Shown here: in pieces, positions 1 to 16,329 of the stretch
How the letters are laid out: every line of letters begins with the position of its first letter
How positions within the stretch are numbered: position 1 is the first letter of the stretch
Origin: Eledone cirrhosa
Taxonomy: Eukaryota
Direction: 5' to 3'
Assembly (NCBI GenBank): GCA_964016885.1
Contig: OZ024743.1
Location: 62,000,001-62,064,000, forward strand
Length of the DNA stretch: 64,000 nucleotides
The notes under the pieces: model-generated
The model's input: the letters and a program-made list of their open reading frames with translations, nothing else
Told to the model about the DNA's origin: nothing
The model's database searches: none
Translations under genes and position numbers: made by a program

Positions 1-1011
1 CACTCCACTGCAAAGATACCACACACCCTCCCGTGTCACATTGTCCTTCCGACATCGTAACAAAAGGGAGGAGCTACCATAGAAATGAGTTTAAAAAGAA
101 AGAGTTAAGCTGTGTTATTAAAAACTGTTATTAATTCTTAAATGAATATTGAAATACCCAACTGGTGACTCTAACTGTATTAGTGGCGGTACTAAGCGGG
201 TTGTTTGAAGTGATTTTGTTTTTTATGGCATGTTGAGAGAAGTGAAACGAAATGAACTGGACCTCCATCAGTTTCAATGGTTGATGTTTTAGTTATTCCA
301 TAAACAAAACAGCCTCCTCGTGAAATGTACGTGTTAATAGCTAAGCATTTCATAAACACATGTACCCTTAATGATGTTTCCAAGGAGTTTCAGCGTGATA
401 CAGTGTGTGTGAAGGTTGGCCCTTCGAATTATAATGACAGTCCATCCGACGGGTTTTCAAAGTACCCTTCTACCCAGTTTTACTCACAAGACATGAGAGT
501 ACCTGAGGCTATTGAAAACCACTTGCCCAATATGACAGGAAGAGGTGATCAAACATTAGACCGAGTGATTGCGAGGCGAACTCCTAAATCATTTGGCCAT
601 TTTGAGTCCTAAAGGAGTAAAATAGGTGAGGATTTTTAACACCAAAAGTCACTGTATCTTCTGGCTAATTGAAGAAACTCTGTCAATTGTAAAGAGTGTC
701 ACTAGCTGGAAACATAACACCGTGAACCCACTACAACAATGAGTATTGTCAGTGAAATAGAGGTCGTAATGTTCGGGAACATCCGCTGTTTTAGATACGT
801 TGATATCAGCTAAGGATAGCATTGTCAAATAAAAGATTCCTAATAAATCTTAACGTGTTCTTCTATACATACATATATGTGTATGTGTGTGTGTGTCTTT
901 TCTATACACACACACACATATATATATATACGTGTGTCTGTCGCGTGTGTTATGACTGTGTGTATATGTTGTATGTTTTGTGTGAGTACCTATTGTGTGT
1001 GTGTCTACACT

Positions 1012-1046
<35 letters not shown>

Positions 1047-1317
1047 GGGTGGTGGGCGACACAGACAGTCAACTACAAATGTTTGTGTATTTATATATGC
1101 GTATCTGTGTGTGAGGAGAGAAATGGGGAGAGAGACACAGAGAACTACATGCGTTTGTGTTGGGGGAGGGATAATGGTTCCTAGCAGCAGTAACAATAGA
1201 AATATTGTATTACATACTCAGCAGTGAGTATGTAAACCCAATACATGCCTAACGTAGATTAACAGTTAGTTGTACCAATTTAATTAGTGTCTACCTTTCA
1301 CTCATGTAAATTATCGC

Positions 1318-1500
1318 GAAGACCTGCTAACCACTGTGAAGAAAAGAAAAGGAGATGGTACAGTGGTGTGACAAGATCTGATGGATTGACTAAGACCATC
1401 CTCCAAGGAACAGTTCAGGAGAAAAGAAAACAAGGACGTTAGAAGAAAAGAATGGGCAGATAGCATCATGAAATAGACCGATAAAGACTTCGCAACAATT
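1318..1500 (+). mobile_element. Decayed RTE-type LINE 3' fragment
   Basis: Manual translation EDLLTTVKKRK..WY..VTRSDGLTKTILQGTVQEKRKQGR*KKR-WAD resembles the RTE ORF C-terminus; stops and frameshifts present. Confidence 0.6.
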
Positions 1501-1756
1501 CGAGTCCTGACTTACGACAAGGATAAATGAAGGGAAGTGTTACACTACTCCACCACCCTTCTGTGCCACCTCCACAACCCGGGAGGGTCACAGGATCGGT
1601 AATTTTATCAGTAAGATTAGCAGAAGTAGAATTTGTTTGTTTGTTTGTTTGTTTGTTACTGTAGACCATGATAATTTGAGACCCACACTCGATATCTAGG
1701 AGCTGCATGTTCCAGTGCTGAAGGAAACGGCAAAAGATATTTCAGGTCAAATGAAA

Positions 1757-1910
1757 ATAATTGTTTCTATTTTAGGCACAAGGCCAGCAATTACCCAGTA
1801 CATTACTGGTACTTTATTTTATCGACCCCGTAAGGATGAAAGGCAAAGTTAACCTCGGCGGGATTTGAACTCAGATCATAAAGGGACGTAACTCTATGCT
1901 TCAAAGCATG
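1757..1910 (-). mobile_element. SINE family A copy (B-box GAGTTCAAATCCC, central GCCTTTCATCCTTACGGGGTCGATAAA domain, TAGAAACAATTATT tail)
   Basis: Reverse complement matches copies at 11491, 36798, 41818 and 52702. Confidence 0.85.
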
Positions 1911-3875
1911 GTCAAATGAAAATAATGTTCGTATAGTTGTGAGAGTAGAAAACTGATTTACCTTCTAATGTTATGTATGGGTCGGAGACGGAGCCTCTAG
2001 TTGGATATTCTACTTGCTGGAAATTAGTTACACCCCTTTAAGTTGCACCCAGCCAACTTTGTTTTATTATTGTGCGGTTAACATTGGATTTGAAAAAAAT
2101 GGAAGTTTCCGATTGCAGGAACACATGTGCAAGGATCGGGGTCTCGAATGACGATCTTCTAGTGAAGAAGGAATTGGTGCAGACGTTAGCGCAAAAGATG
2201 GAGGGTGGAATGCAAATGAGTAACGAGATGAGGAGAAACGAGGGAATCAAGAATGTCTGAGTGGAAGTAACATGAGACCAGCCTGATCTGGAGAGTAATA
2301 ATCATTCTATTAAAGGTAGGACAAAGAGAGGAGAACAATTTTGGCTAGGAATCTGACTCCATCAGAGCTGACCTGGCGAGTCTAAATGACAAGAACTTAA
2401 GTGTTGTAACACCCGGTTTTTCTATTCAGCACTTTTCTCAATTCTTCTTAGTTAGAACTACCTCATGTAGCATTTATATATTCTCTTTAACTGATAACGT
2501 TCAAGCTTAAGTTAGATATATACAACGCATCAGTATACTCTAAATATTCCATTTCCCAATGTAAAGAAGTGCTTGAAATCTGACCCAAGTACTCAAAATA
2601 ATGAAGAACCAAAAGACATTCATTTCAGGTTCGATATGTCTTCTACTAAAGCATCGGGTTGACCCAACCCTTGTTACAGAAATTTTTTTCAATGACCAAG
2701 CAGAGAGCTCTTTCGATGGTATATTATAAGGGTAGTATTGTTCCACAAAGTAACTTGTTGTTTTCTAAATGATATACTGTGCGAATGTTCGTATGGCTTT
2801 CTGGCATCAGCAAACAAAAATATCAAAGTAAAATACTGCAAAGTCAAATGTAACGTTGCAAGTTCGTATCGTTCCCGCGTTTTGCCTCTTAATTATAAGC
2901 TATACTGCGTGTTCGAAGAAAAAAAGGCTTTGTGGTATCTGAAAGTTGACAAAAAAGATATTTTGTTAAAGAATCCGTACATGTTACAATATCATCGAAG
3001 AGCTATTCTGGGAAGTTTCATAACTCTGCACACTACTGCACACTCATCTTTCTTTAAGAGTGTGTGGGGCGGCGGACATTACCATTTTGTTGAGAATGAA
3101 TGTCTTGGTACTGAATTAAATAACCCGCAAGACAAAATATATAGGTGAGTGCTCATGCTGTTTTCCATTTGCATACATTTGTTTAGTGGACGCCAGCTTG
3201 ACCGAAAGTTTAAATAGTTTCATCCACAATGATTAGGTCGTGGGTTTGATCCCACTGGCTGACATCTTGGACAAGTGTCATTCGTTATAATCTCGTATTG
3301 ACTCTTGCATTATGAGTGAAATTGTACAGACGGAAACCGTTTGAAGCCCGTCAGATGCACTGTATCTGTAATTTAGAAAGCCCAGCCTTGTCATGCTGAA
3401 TCTTACTCAACCACTGATAAAATGCCATTGCGCTATTTGCTTTGGCGATTTACATTTCGGATCTAATTCCTGCTAAGTTCACGAGCTGCCAGTTAGGTTA
3501 ATAAAACAACAGGAACACTTACCGTCGAAACCGACAGAGATTTATATCACATTTATATACATTAATAGATATATTGCCAAACACGCCTTCAAGCATATAG
3601 TAACAGAAATAATGTCCAGTGGTGAGGGAGGGCTATTTCTGATTATCGTATTGTGTGATCATGTTTTTATTATCACATACGTACACCTCACCATAACTCC
3701 CCTCGCCATTCTGTTCTATTCCAGTGGTTTGGTGGTTAAACTCCTCGACGTCAAGCTGACGGCGAGATCGTGTGTTGTTGATTGCTATTCCAGAAGGCAT
3801 TTTAATTCTGTAATTTCCGCATAAAATAAACAATTCGGAAGTTGTGTGACAGTGTGTGTGGACGCGTATTATCTG

Positions 3876-3922
<47 letters not shown>

Positions 3923-3929
3923 TAAGTAC

Positions 3930-4139
3930 AAAGAAAGTGCCCAAGCGCAGAAATGCTATAAAAATAGGGTGAACACAATTAAAAAACGGAAAGAGATGTT
4001 GCCATCGGCCACATCTGGAAGATATGGAGTTCACGTCCTTATAGCGGCTGTTGGTAACTTCTTTTTCTGTCTTTTAAGGGTCTATATTCTATTGTACGAT
4101 CTATTTTTATAGCATTCCTGCGCTTGAGCACTTTCTTTA
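3930..4139. repeat. Fold-back element with ~37 bp imperfect terminal inverted arms, between TA-rich runs
   Basis: AAGAAAGTGCCCAAGCGCAGAAATGCTATAAAAATAG versus CTATTTTTATAGCATTCCTGCGCTTGAGCACTTTCTT. Confidence 0.7.
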
Positions 4140-4291
4140 TATTATACATATATTCGCAACGCTTCAAAATCCTTAAATTCGGCTTCGTATATTGTTTATA
4201 TATATATATATATATATATAAAAGGGTAAACAGAAATAACAAAGCAAACAACACAGTACAATGAAGAAATATATTGGTTTAACGCTTGATA

Positions 4292-4500
4292 TTCCAACAA
4301 ATTCATGAGGGCATCCAAGTATCCACAATATTACCCACAATGCACTACGATTAACAGTGTCGAAAGCTTTAGTAAGGTCCACAAATACTTGGTACAGTGT
4401 CACTCGCTGCTCAACACACTTCTCCATAAGCTGACAGGCTGAAGAAATCACCACCCAGCTCTGAATCGTCACTGAATCTCAGGGATGGCACCAGGGCAGA
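4292..4500 (-). mobile_element. LINE (RTE-like) reverse transcriptase fragment
   Basis: ORF 4173..4472 contains QLMEKC..VFVDLTKAFDTVNRSALW..L..LGCP, the non-LTR RT motif. Confidence 0.8.
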
Positions 4501-4932
4501 TCCATTTTATTAGATGGTTCAACAAGGCCTTGAATAAGACTTTCTACCGATTCGAACATTTCAGGCGTGAAGATAAGTTGCACAGAAACGGTATCGTCCA
4601 AGGGATAAGAATTTCACCTTTCTCTCTACCTAAACACCACCACCACATCTGTTAAAACTAAATCTGTGCACTCCATCACTGCAATTCAGCAAATTCATTG
4701 AGTGAGCTAGACGGTGGCCGGGGACCGTGAATTAATACCAGCGATCTTCGTTAATTTTATATTGTCTCTCTCTCTCTCTCTCACTATATATATATTAGAA
4801 AGTGAGGTTTTTTTTACAAAATGAAAAGTAACCGAGGTGTCCTACACGAGTGAAAGTATAAAGAAAAAGAGATGAAATCGAAAATGCAACTGGAGTCTTA
4901 TTTTTTTTTTAAATATATATATTTATTTGGTT

Positions 4933-4970
4933 CCTTTACCGGTTTCGCAGTTCTTCTCCTTTTCAAAAGG
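4933..4970 (-). ncRNA. Type I hammerhead ribozyme, U3-A8 core variant (family shared with 23043)
   Basis: Minus strand CCTT-TTGAAAA-GGAG aagaa CTGC-GAAAC cg GTA-AAGG; stem I CCTT/AAGG, palindromic stem III ACCGGT, one stem II mismatch. Confidence 0.65.
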
Positions 4971-5179
4971 TGAGTTGAGATGGAGGGTCTGTGGTTTTTC
5001 TCACATCTGGTTGGTCTCTGAATGTTACTTGTTTTATATGGAAAAAGTGGCTCGAAATGCCAGGTTTTTCGAGAAGTAATTTGATTGGTTTGTCAATAAT
5101 TATAATAAATTTCGCGCCAGTTCGCGTTACAATAGTTCTTCAAATAAGAGGGGGGGGGGTTGTCACAGGTTGTTTTTTC

Positions 5180-5950
<771 letters not shown>

Positions 5951-5987
5951 GGAAGATGATTCTATTAGTAGAAATGGGGGAGGGAGT

Positions 5988-6039
<52 letters not shown>

Positions 6040-6959
6040 GTATATGTTAATATAAATATTTGTATGTATGTATGTTTGAATGTACATTACTTGAGTGCTT
6101 CTGGTAACATATAACCCAGTACAACCTGTCGCATGGTCAAGTCGTCGGCGACTAAACCGGCAACCCCACCAAGTTTACTTGGTGAGGAGTGTGATTTTGG
6201 ACACCCTGAAGGACAAAAAAACAAAACCTGGCAAAGGGTGGAAGAACTCATAAGAGTCAACGGCTATCCAAAAATGTGTAAATATGTATGTACATATGTA
6301 TATATGTATGTATATATATGTATCTATATATATATATGTATATACATGTATGCATGTGTATGTATATACAGGTATGCATGTGTATGTATATGCGCGGGGA
6401 CATAGAAACAATCGGGCTGGATACCCGGTCGCGTGGTTAAACCACTGGGAGTGAAGGACCCCTAGCATTTGTCAGGGCATTCTTCTAGGAGAAGACAACT
6501 CAGGAAACTTGGATAACTCCGACATAAAACCAGTGGCTCAGTAGTTACCGATGATGTTGATCTTTTCTTCCTTTCGGGTTATATCTACTGTCGCTCAGAG
6601 AGTGGGATTGGCTCAGTGCACAATCTTTCCTCACTTACAAAAAAAAAGTTTCACGCACAGGCATTGCATGATAGCATTAATTGATAATTATTAATAATGA
6701 TATATCGTGGATTGGCCCTACTCGATATCGAGGGGGCAGCCATCATGTATGTATGTTTGTCAAAGAGCGGGGTAACTTGGGAGAGTTAATGGCCATCCAA
6801 TACAGATTTTTTTGTTTTTTTCTTTGTTTTTGAGCGAGAGGCTCCTAGTCTTCATTAAGACTAAAATCTAGGTCTAGGTTTGCGAACAGTTCTTCTTTTT
6901 GGGTAAATGCATTCGATTTTCAGAGGGTGAGATTGAAGCCGTGCAAAGCCTTTCCACAC

Positions 6960-7124
6960 ATAAAAAGGTTCAAGCACAGACATCGCTTGATATGTGACAT
7001 TTTTGCCGATGCAAGGTATTGCTGGCCATAGGCAAGTCCGTAGTAGGACTAAAAAGCGACGTCCGGTGATACTCATGTTTAAGTATCAAGCGATGGCATG
7101 ACTCGAAATCGAGGTGCAGCCATC

Positions 7125-7127
<3 letters not shown>
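6960..7127 (+). mobile_element. Retroposon 3' end with CAT-repeat tail; second copy at ~58340-58520
   Basis: Shared GCTGGCCATAG.CAAGTCCGTA...AAGTATCAAGCGATGGCAT.ACTCGAAATCGAG.T.CAGCCATCAT. Confidence 0.7.
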
Positions 7128-7192
<65 letters not shown>

Positions 7193-7266
7193 AATATATA
7201 TACATATGAATATATATATATGTGTATATATGTATGTATAAATGTATATATGTGTGTATATATATG

Positions 7267-7359
<93 letters not shown>

Positions 7360-7373
7360 GTATATATGCATAC

Positions 7374-7445
<72 letters not shown>

Positions 7446-7928
7446 GTGTGCGTGTGTGTGTGTACGTATATATGAGAGAGGGAGACATAAGCACCATAAT
7501 AGAGGGGGGAGAAAGTTGAGACTCATATATGAGTATACACAGAAAGTGAGCAAGACCTTTAAGAGAGAAAGAGGGAGAGAGGGGACAGAAAGATATTATA
7601 ATAGCCTATGAAATAGAGAAAGGGTTTCGTGATTTTAGTAAGACAAATATATAAAAGGGAGTCAGATAAAGAGAGGGAAGAGAGGAGAGAGAGAATGAAG
7701 GTGAAAGTTTGAAAAAAGATTACATGTAGAGGAAGAGGAAATGAGAATGATGAAGTGTAAAGATGTTAGGATTTCCTTGAATGAGTTGTAACAGACTGGA
7801 ACTGGAGGAGAAAAAGTTCCATCAACAAAGCCGGCGCCCTCGGCTAACTCTAAAATGTGCACTCCCTTCTCCCAGTTACGCGTCCCATTTTCTATCTCTC
7901 CAGTAAGTGTGTTTCTGTGTGTACTATC

Positions 7929-8021
<93 letters not shown>

Positions 8022-8509
8022 CGTGTAGCTAATTATTATCCGTGAAAGTTACGCGGTGTCGTCACGAATATGTATATATCAGGGGCGAGGGGTCCGTGCA
8101 TGCAACGCATGCAGTGCATACGTTATAGAATCTTGAGTTGATCAATTGCGTCGGCTGAAGCAAGCAGAATTTTGACTGCTTACTATACTACGTATAGACA
8201 CAAAAAAGATAACGCACACACACACACACACAAACACATACACACAAACACATACACATAAACACACGACAGCTTTGGAGCAAGCAGAAATAAGACTGCT
8301 TCCTAATTCGGAGACCAATAAAAAGATAACACACCCACACACCCACACTAGATAACACTACATGCGGCTTTGACCGTAAGGGTCATTTAGAGGGAATTGG
8401 GGGGGGGGGATAAGGCAGCACAGCCCCACTTTCCGCCATGGCGATTGGACTGCGTGCCCTGCTTTCCAGGTTACCCTTCGCCAATGATATATATGTGTGT
8501 TTGTTTATC

Positions 8510-8552
<43 letters not shown>

Positions 8553-9249
8553 ACCTATGTTGTGTATATAGGGCAGGTGTCTGGGTATTTTGTGTCGAAC
8601 CTTAGCCCTACTACGTTTGCCCCTCTCTTCCACAAAATAATTTCAACCTACAATATGCTAAGTCGGCAAATCTAGATATTGGTACTGCTTTCTCTGGCTA
8701 GACTATATAGAAAAGAATTACTAACTTGCATGTACTACTACACAGTCTACACTCACCTACGCCAAATCATACAAAGCTCCCCCATTATTTTAATACTTCG
8801 ACAATGTTGCTACGCGATAAAGATGTTTAGGGTCATATTAATTGGAGGAAATATTTTCAATATAATTATATAAATATATATAAAACTGTAATCCATTAAG
8901 TTTCAGTAATACACCTTTCCGAGCGGTGTGCGCCCTAGATAGCTGCCCCGCTTACCTTAATGGCGGCGCTAGCCCTGTCCATCACACAGTGTTTATTTAA
9001 GAGACGTGTCGAAAACCTCCATGTTGTTTACATACTTGGGGAATTTGGATTGGCGGCGTCTGGACAGCTGCAAAGGGGTTTTCCGGCTTACTTCTCTCCA
9101 CATCACTATCATCACCAACACTACCTATATTTATATTTATCAAATGCCTCCCTCGCCTCCTATGACACAAACTATATCTCTTTTTTAAAGGAATCAAATG
9201 GCTACATTGGCACCATTATAACCTACCAGGCCTGTATAATTATTCCGAA

Positions 9250-9338
<89 letters not shown>

Positions 9339-9368
9339 AATATATATATTTATATATATAAATATATA

Positions 9369-9450
<82 letters not shown>

Positions 9451-9486
9451 AATATATATATTTATATATATATATATAAATATATA

Positions 9487-9558
<72 letters not shown>

Positions 9559-10284
9559 CATACATATACATATTTATGTACATATATTATGGTCTTTATC
9601 TTTGAAAGTTACGTTGTGTCGTCAGGAATATGTGTGTATGTACATGTGTGTATGTGTGTGTATGTGTATCTGCGTGTGCATTTGTGTGTGTGTGTGTGTG
9701 TTGATAGGACTCATAATCTTGAATAAAACCATGTTCAGCTTTTAAATAACCTCTAAATTAGATTTTATCACAATGCTTTTAAAAACTGCTCCAAACCAAT
9801 TCACACACACGCACACACGCACCATACATACATACATAAATACATACATACGTGCGTGAGTGTATGCATACATACACACACATGCATGAATACATACATA
9901 CATAGACAATAGAGGGGATCATCATCATCATCATCATCATCATCGTTTAACGTCCATCTTCCACGCTAGCATGGGTTAGACGGTTTTGTATCATTTGATG
10001 CGGGAATGGTCTCGCTCGTACGGAAGTGTCTCTGGTAGGTTTTTTTACAGCTGAATGCCCTTCCTAACACCAATCACATTTACAGTGTTGACTGGGAGCC
10101 TTTTTAACGTGTCTCCTACACGGCCACCTTACAGTGTGCACTGTTGTGTCATCGACACAGTGGATGGAACGGGAAAGGGAGGGTGGGGTAGGGAGTGGCG
10201 GTAGGGTGTATATGGGGTTAAGAGGTGCCTACTGACAGGAGGTGTGTATGCAATGGTAGTCGGGTCTTCTGTACAACTGAATGG

Positions 10285-10453
10285 CACTAAAGGTCTCGAT
10301 CCAGTGTCATTGTCTTAGAGAGGTGTAGGTGGGCAAGGTCAGTTTTTATCAACTCGTCCCAGGTTTTTCTTGGTCTACCCACTTCATCAATTTTCATTGC
10401 CCTGCACTTTTTTATGCAGCTGTCGTCCTTCATGCGCATCACATGTCCATACC
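10285..10453 (-). mobile_element. RTE-type LINE 3' fragment
   Basis: WYGHVMRMKDDSCIKKC...GRPRKTWDELIKTDL. Confidence 0.8.
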
Positions 10454-11054
10454 ATAAATCATTAAAATAGCCTGGCATGGAGTTCCGACAAGTTTATGAC
10501 ATCCCACCTTGAAGAATATCTCTATGCAATACAGGAACAAGAAATCCCTACCAAGTAACTGCTACTCAAAAGAGGCGGGCTATCAATCGACAATAAATGT
10601 AGGCTATGTAAAACAAAGATCGAAGATGTTAGACGCATTGTTGCCAACTGCGAAAGAATGTCGTCTCGTTATTACCTCCCTATGAGACACGATGTGTGTG
10701 TACATACATACATACATACATACATACAAACAAACAAACAATGTTTTTCCGTTCAGAACAGAAGAGGTTGACAATTAAAGTAAGATACTAAATACACGAG
10801 ACAGGAAGAGTACTTAGTAATATTTCTTTTATTTCAGGTTGCTTCCCTCCATTCATCTGGGAAAAGGGAGTTGTACCTGTATTTCAAAACGGCCAGGCTT
10901 GTCTTACATTGTGTTATGGGGAATCTCCTTGAGATCTATGTGATTGGTAGCGTATCCGTAAAATACCCAACTATTTGCACGTTAATTTCATGACCAGGCT
11001 GTTCCATTGATTGACTCATCTGGAAGACTCGTCGAAAGAACCGAAGGAGATCTA

Positions 11055-11105
<51 letters not shown>

Positions 11106-11490
11106 AGGCAACAAGGAGACTTTCGGTGTTCTTGACTCCCGGACCACACCCCTACTCACTGCTATCAGAGCGGAGTTGGCCGCTCGCAGGTGTGAGCCCT
11201 GTGAGGTGGAGTGGCTGTTCCAACGTGTCATCCTCGCTATCCTTCAGAGCATTGTATTCTCCAGCGTGTCGGCCGGGACCCAGAGATAAAGAGTAAGTTT
11301 GTTGGAAGTGGAGAATACTCGTTCGGACCTCATTTTCTCTCTATTGCTTTAAAAATCTCTTCAAAGCCCACAAGGAGGCTTCTAGTCGGTCACTCAGCGG
11401 GTAGAAATAGCAGCTAAATTTCCTCACACAATATTCTAACGGCTTGCGAAAAGCAAGACTAAATGAGATGACATTATTCTAAATATACAA

Positions 11491-11655
11491 GGGCGGTGGA
11501 TTGGCAGTATCGGTAGAGTTACGGCCCTTTATGGTCTGAGTTCAAATCTCGCCGAGGTTAACTTTGCCTTTCATCCTTACGGGGTCGATAAAATAAAGTA
11601 CCAGTAATACACTAGGTAATTGTTGGCCTTGTGCCAAAAGTAGAAACAATTATTC
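11491..11655 (+). mobile_element. SINE family A copy (internally deleted)
   Basis: GGCGGTGGATTGGCAGTATCGGTAG head, B-box, central domain, TAGAAACAATTATT tail. Confidence 0.85.
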
Positions 11656-12844
11656 TAAATAAGGAAGCTGGGTAGCTTTGATCAAAATTATGCTGGTGCT
11701 AAACACACGACACTACTAACTTCTACTCAATAACTATATTTACGACATGTCTAAGGTTAACTTTTAATTTAAAATGTAGAAACAGAATAGTTTTGAAATC
11801 ATAAAAATGTTGCAAGCAACTTAACGACTCTGCAGTTAACAATATATGTTTCAAATGTATGATTACTTGCTGTTAGGATGACAAAGTTTTAGTACCGTAA
11901 CTAAATCTGGTCAATTGACAACTTTAAAAATAGCGAAAGTGACCGATTATCACATCGGGATGTGGAAATTATGTTTCCCTAGTTCTTTCATTGGTAATGC
12001 TATCTGCCTGTCGAAACTTCTGGCAGATGATGGTGTTTGAACTCAGAACACGCAGAGCCAGATCAGACGCCGGAAAGTATCCTGTTCGGCTCTTTAAGAA
12101 TTCTGTTGAACCCCCTCCTTTGGAATGGTAATTTATTTATCTATCCTGGAAGGATGAAAGATAAAATGGACCTTGGGGTATCGAAGTGAGGCGAAACAAA
12201 TACTGTTGCATTTAATCTGACGCTCTCACGACTCTGCCAATTTGCCTTTATACAGGTACTCTCACTGGTTCTTTGTGTTTTCTAGGGTAGCGAGAATTAC
12301 GTTAAGGATACACATGTCTTGGGAATCCGTTGATGGCCTATTCCATTCCCTCTCTTCTTTTATTTTATGTTTTTGGTGTTTAGTCAAGGTGGTCAATTTG
12401 GCAGAGTATTCAGAGTTTTGAATATTTGTTCAGGGTCTCCGTGTTTTCAGTTCACATCTCACCGGTAAAGAAAGTAGCGGTCCAGTGCAAGTACATCCTT
12501 CTCTCCTTCCAGCTGTCACATTTTGGATGCTTCTCTTGATCTAGGAAAGAAGGGTTGAGAGAGTGACTGCCTCTGCTCACGACTACATGAGCACCTATAA
12601 CCCTTAAGGAAAGCATGGTACATACTACCAAATATTACTCGATTGAGAATGACGGCTTTTGTTAGTTTTGTTATTTGGTCCTCAGTTTGGTCTGGCCGTG
12701 GTAATATGATGAAAGGTTATGCAAGCAAAACCATTTCGTGTTTTGTGGAGGGGGGGGGGGGTTAAGAATAATTCCGTCGGGTCTTGTTTGATGGAAATTT
12801 AGCTGCTATTTTTAGCAGTTCAAATGACCACATATTGGCTCATT

Positions 12845-13242
12845 AATAATGGTTTCTGATTTATGCACAATGCCAACAATGTTTTGGGGAAGAAAGTGTG
12901 TTACTATTTTATTGACCACGTAAAGATGAAAGGCAAAGGTACTCGTAACTTGGCCGGGATTTTAATTCAGAACAAGGCTCAATAATAATGTTTCTACTTT
13001 TTGCACAAGGCCAGCAATTGATCAGTGCATCACTGGTACTTTATGTTATCGACCCGTAAGGATGAAAGGCAAAGTTAACCTCGGCGGATTTAAACTCAGA
13101 CCGTAAAGGGACATAACTCTATGCTGCAAAGCATGGCGTCCGACTCTCTGCTGATACGGAATCGGAGCCATTACCTTATGTTCAAGTCTATAATTCATAG
13201 TTACTTTACAATACAGGCAGGTTATTTTTGTCTTATATATAC

Positions 13243-13274
<32 letters not shown>

Positions 13275-13470
13275 GAAATAATTGTTTCCTCTTTTTGGCA
13301 CAAGGCCATCAATTATCCCAGTGCATTACTGGTACTTTATTTTATCGACCCCATAAGGATGAAAGGCAAAGTTAACCTCGGTGGGATTTGAACTCAGAAT
13401 GACAAGGGCCGTAACTCTATGCATCAAAGTATGGCGTCCGACCCTCTACCGATACTGCCAATCCACCGAA
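12845..13470 (-). mobile_element. Cluster of three SINE family A copies
   Basis: Three GATGAAAGGCAAAG blocks in the same orientation. Confidence 0.8.
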
Positions 13471-14043
13471 ACAGGATACTTCCCTTAATGCAGACACAAA
13501 ATAATATCCAATAATTATGTATATATATATATATATATATATGTGGGTGGGGGGAACTAATTTTAGCTTAGTTTAATATAATTTTCTTTCATCCTAAACG
13601 CTCCATGTATTTGCCGGAAATCGGCGCCATTAACCATAGTGAAAAATCTGTGAAATATCTGCTAACGATCTAAACTCATTAGACCATCTCCCTTCGGGGT
13701 CTCTCTTAGTACTATCATAACTAGCAGCTGGTCTGGTTATACACAAAGACATGTCTATTAGCGTCAGTTAACATATTTCAACTACCTTTATGTCGGCTCA
13801 ACATTTCCCCCATCAATGAAACTTCGGATTCATTGGTGAAAAATAATGATTTGTGGCATGCATGCCAATCCCAAGAATATGTCGAAAGTGCCGAAAGTAG
13901 GTCACGGAGTCATCAATAACTTATTGTGGTAGAATGGAATGGACATTCGTCGGTTTAAAACAAGGAGTATTCCAGTTGTTCGGTCAGTTACAACTTAGCT
14001 TTAATTCAAAGTTCGTAATTCGCTCAATATATATATATATAAG

Positions 14044-14241
14044 TGTTATGATGGTGTGACACACCTGTTCTGTATATCTGTACAGGTATTCACCAGGCGT
14101 AATTCCGAACTACCAACGAGAGACTACAACGAGACTCTGTACACACATTTCCCCTGACAGTCCACATCAGTGCTTATTTATAGAGTTTCGCCTAGTCCAC
14201 ATTTAGTTAAACGGTGGTATTCAGGGATTTACCGCACAACA
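14044..14241 (-). mobile_element. Possible short solo LTR
   Basis: TGTT...AACA termini, CTATAAATAAG on the minus strand, near-duplicated flanks ATAAG/ATAAA. Confidence 0.35.
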
Positions 14242-14324
14242 ATAAACAAAAGGCAAATAGAAATACCAAAGCAAACGACACAGTACAATGTAAAAAATAT
14301 ATTAGTTTTAAGCTTCATATAGTA

Positions 14325-14358
14325 GGAACGTTTCGGAAGCTAATCCTTCATCAGAAAA
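14325..14358 (-). ncRNA. Minimal hammerhead core (family shared with 16597 and the 4220-4290 tail)
   Basis: CTGATGA-aGGAttagctTCC-GAAACGTT on minus; stem I not intact. Confidence 0.5.
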
Positions 14359-14974
14359 TCGAATATGAAATTAAAGAAGAAATACAAAGATAGAGGAAAG
14401 AGGGTAGTGGATTAAACGAAATAAATTTCTTTGAGAAAAAGTAAGTCTATTCAAGTCACCACCTCGTGGAAAATTGTTGACACTGGCGTTATTGTATAAG
14501 AAAATCAGTTGGTCATGTTTTAAAAGCGGTGATCGACCGCGTCTACCTTAAAAGGAAAAGATAATTTTGCACATAGAGCATGCGTATGTGCGTATAATAT
14601 ATATATATAATATATATTAATAAAGCTGACGGTCGTATATATGTATGTATCTATGTACGTAACAAAATTTTGGCCAAACGGCTGCACCATAGATGTAACT
14701 TTTTCCAAGGAAGAAAGTGAGCTTCCGAGAGACGAGCAACAACTCAATTTATGAAAAAACCACGGCAATAAAGTATATTCGAAATGAGGAAGCAATTCGA
14801 ATAGCGGAGTTGTCTCTCTGCATTATGCCAGTGCAACTGTTTCAACATACAGACACACTCGCACAGCAGAATCGAAACAGGTTTGTAATACTTACACTTC
14901 CAAGTACATATATATTTTTTCTTTACCTGTCTTCTCTTATCGTCTGTTTATCCAAGCGAAGTTAGGTACGTCAG

Positions 14975-15545
<571 letters not shown>

Positions 15546-16329
15546 CTACCTGGTCCGTCCGGCTGGCGATCGGCTATATATACTGGCATTTTGTCTTTTC
15601 AGGAAGCCTCCCTCAACTCCAGTGCAAAGATACCGCACGCCCTCTCAAGTCACATTGTCGTTCTGAGTAGGTATCAAGAGGGGAGCTATTGTGGTGACTC
15701 ATTCCTGACGCGTGAAAAATACCACCACCACCACTAGAATGTTCAACGACCATAATCACTCGATTCCGTGGTAAAAGTTACAACGGTGGTGTTGGACCAT
15801 CAGTTTTGCCACAATCCTGCTAACCGACTGGTATGTATATATTTACGACACTTATACACATTTAAATAAACTTTCCTAAATTACAGATGTGAGTAAGCAA
15901 ATTTTTCATTCATTCATAAACCAATGGTACATTTATTATTTTATTTTATTTTATTTGTGCTTTTTAAAATAGCCTTCACATTTTGTTTGAATTTCAGAGG
16001 TTCTGATTGTGAAAAAAATAAAAAAGGATAAATAAAATCTAAATTTAGTGTTTTGGTCATGCCGTTTTCACTGACAACATACCTAATGATTCTTCCAAGT
16101 GCAAAGCATTATATATGCTTACTGTAATAGGGAGCAATATTTAAAAATCCACCACTAGATAAAACTAATAATATTTTTATGTACATGATTTGCTTTAAAC
16201 AAACGACAATAAATATTCTGCTATAATTCCTACTTTAGTTAAAATTCAGCAATCATATTTCAATGGTCAAATATTGAAACTTTAATAAAATAGCCGGGAA
16301 TTACTGGGTGGCTCAGCTAGTATATATAT

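Noticed and set aside
325-612. 95 aa ORF
   Set aside because: Overlaps decayed minus-strand SINE sequences; no protein motif
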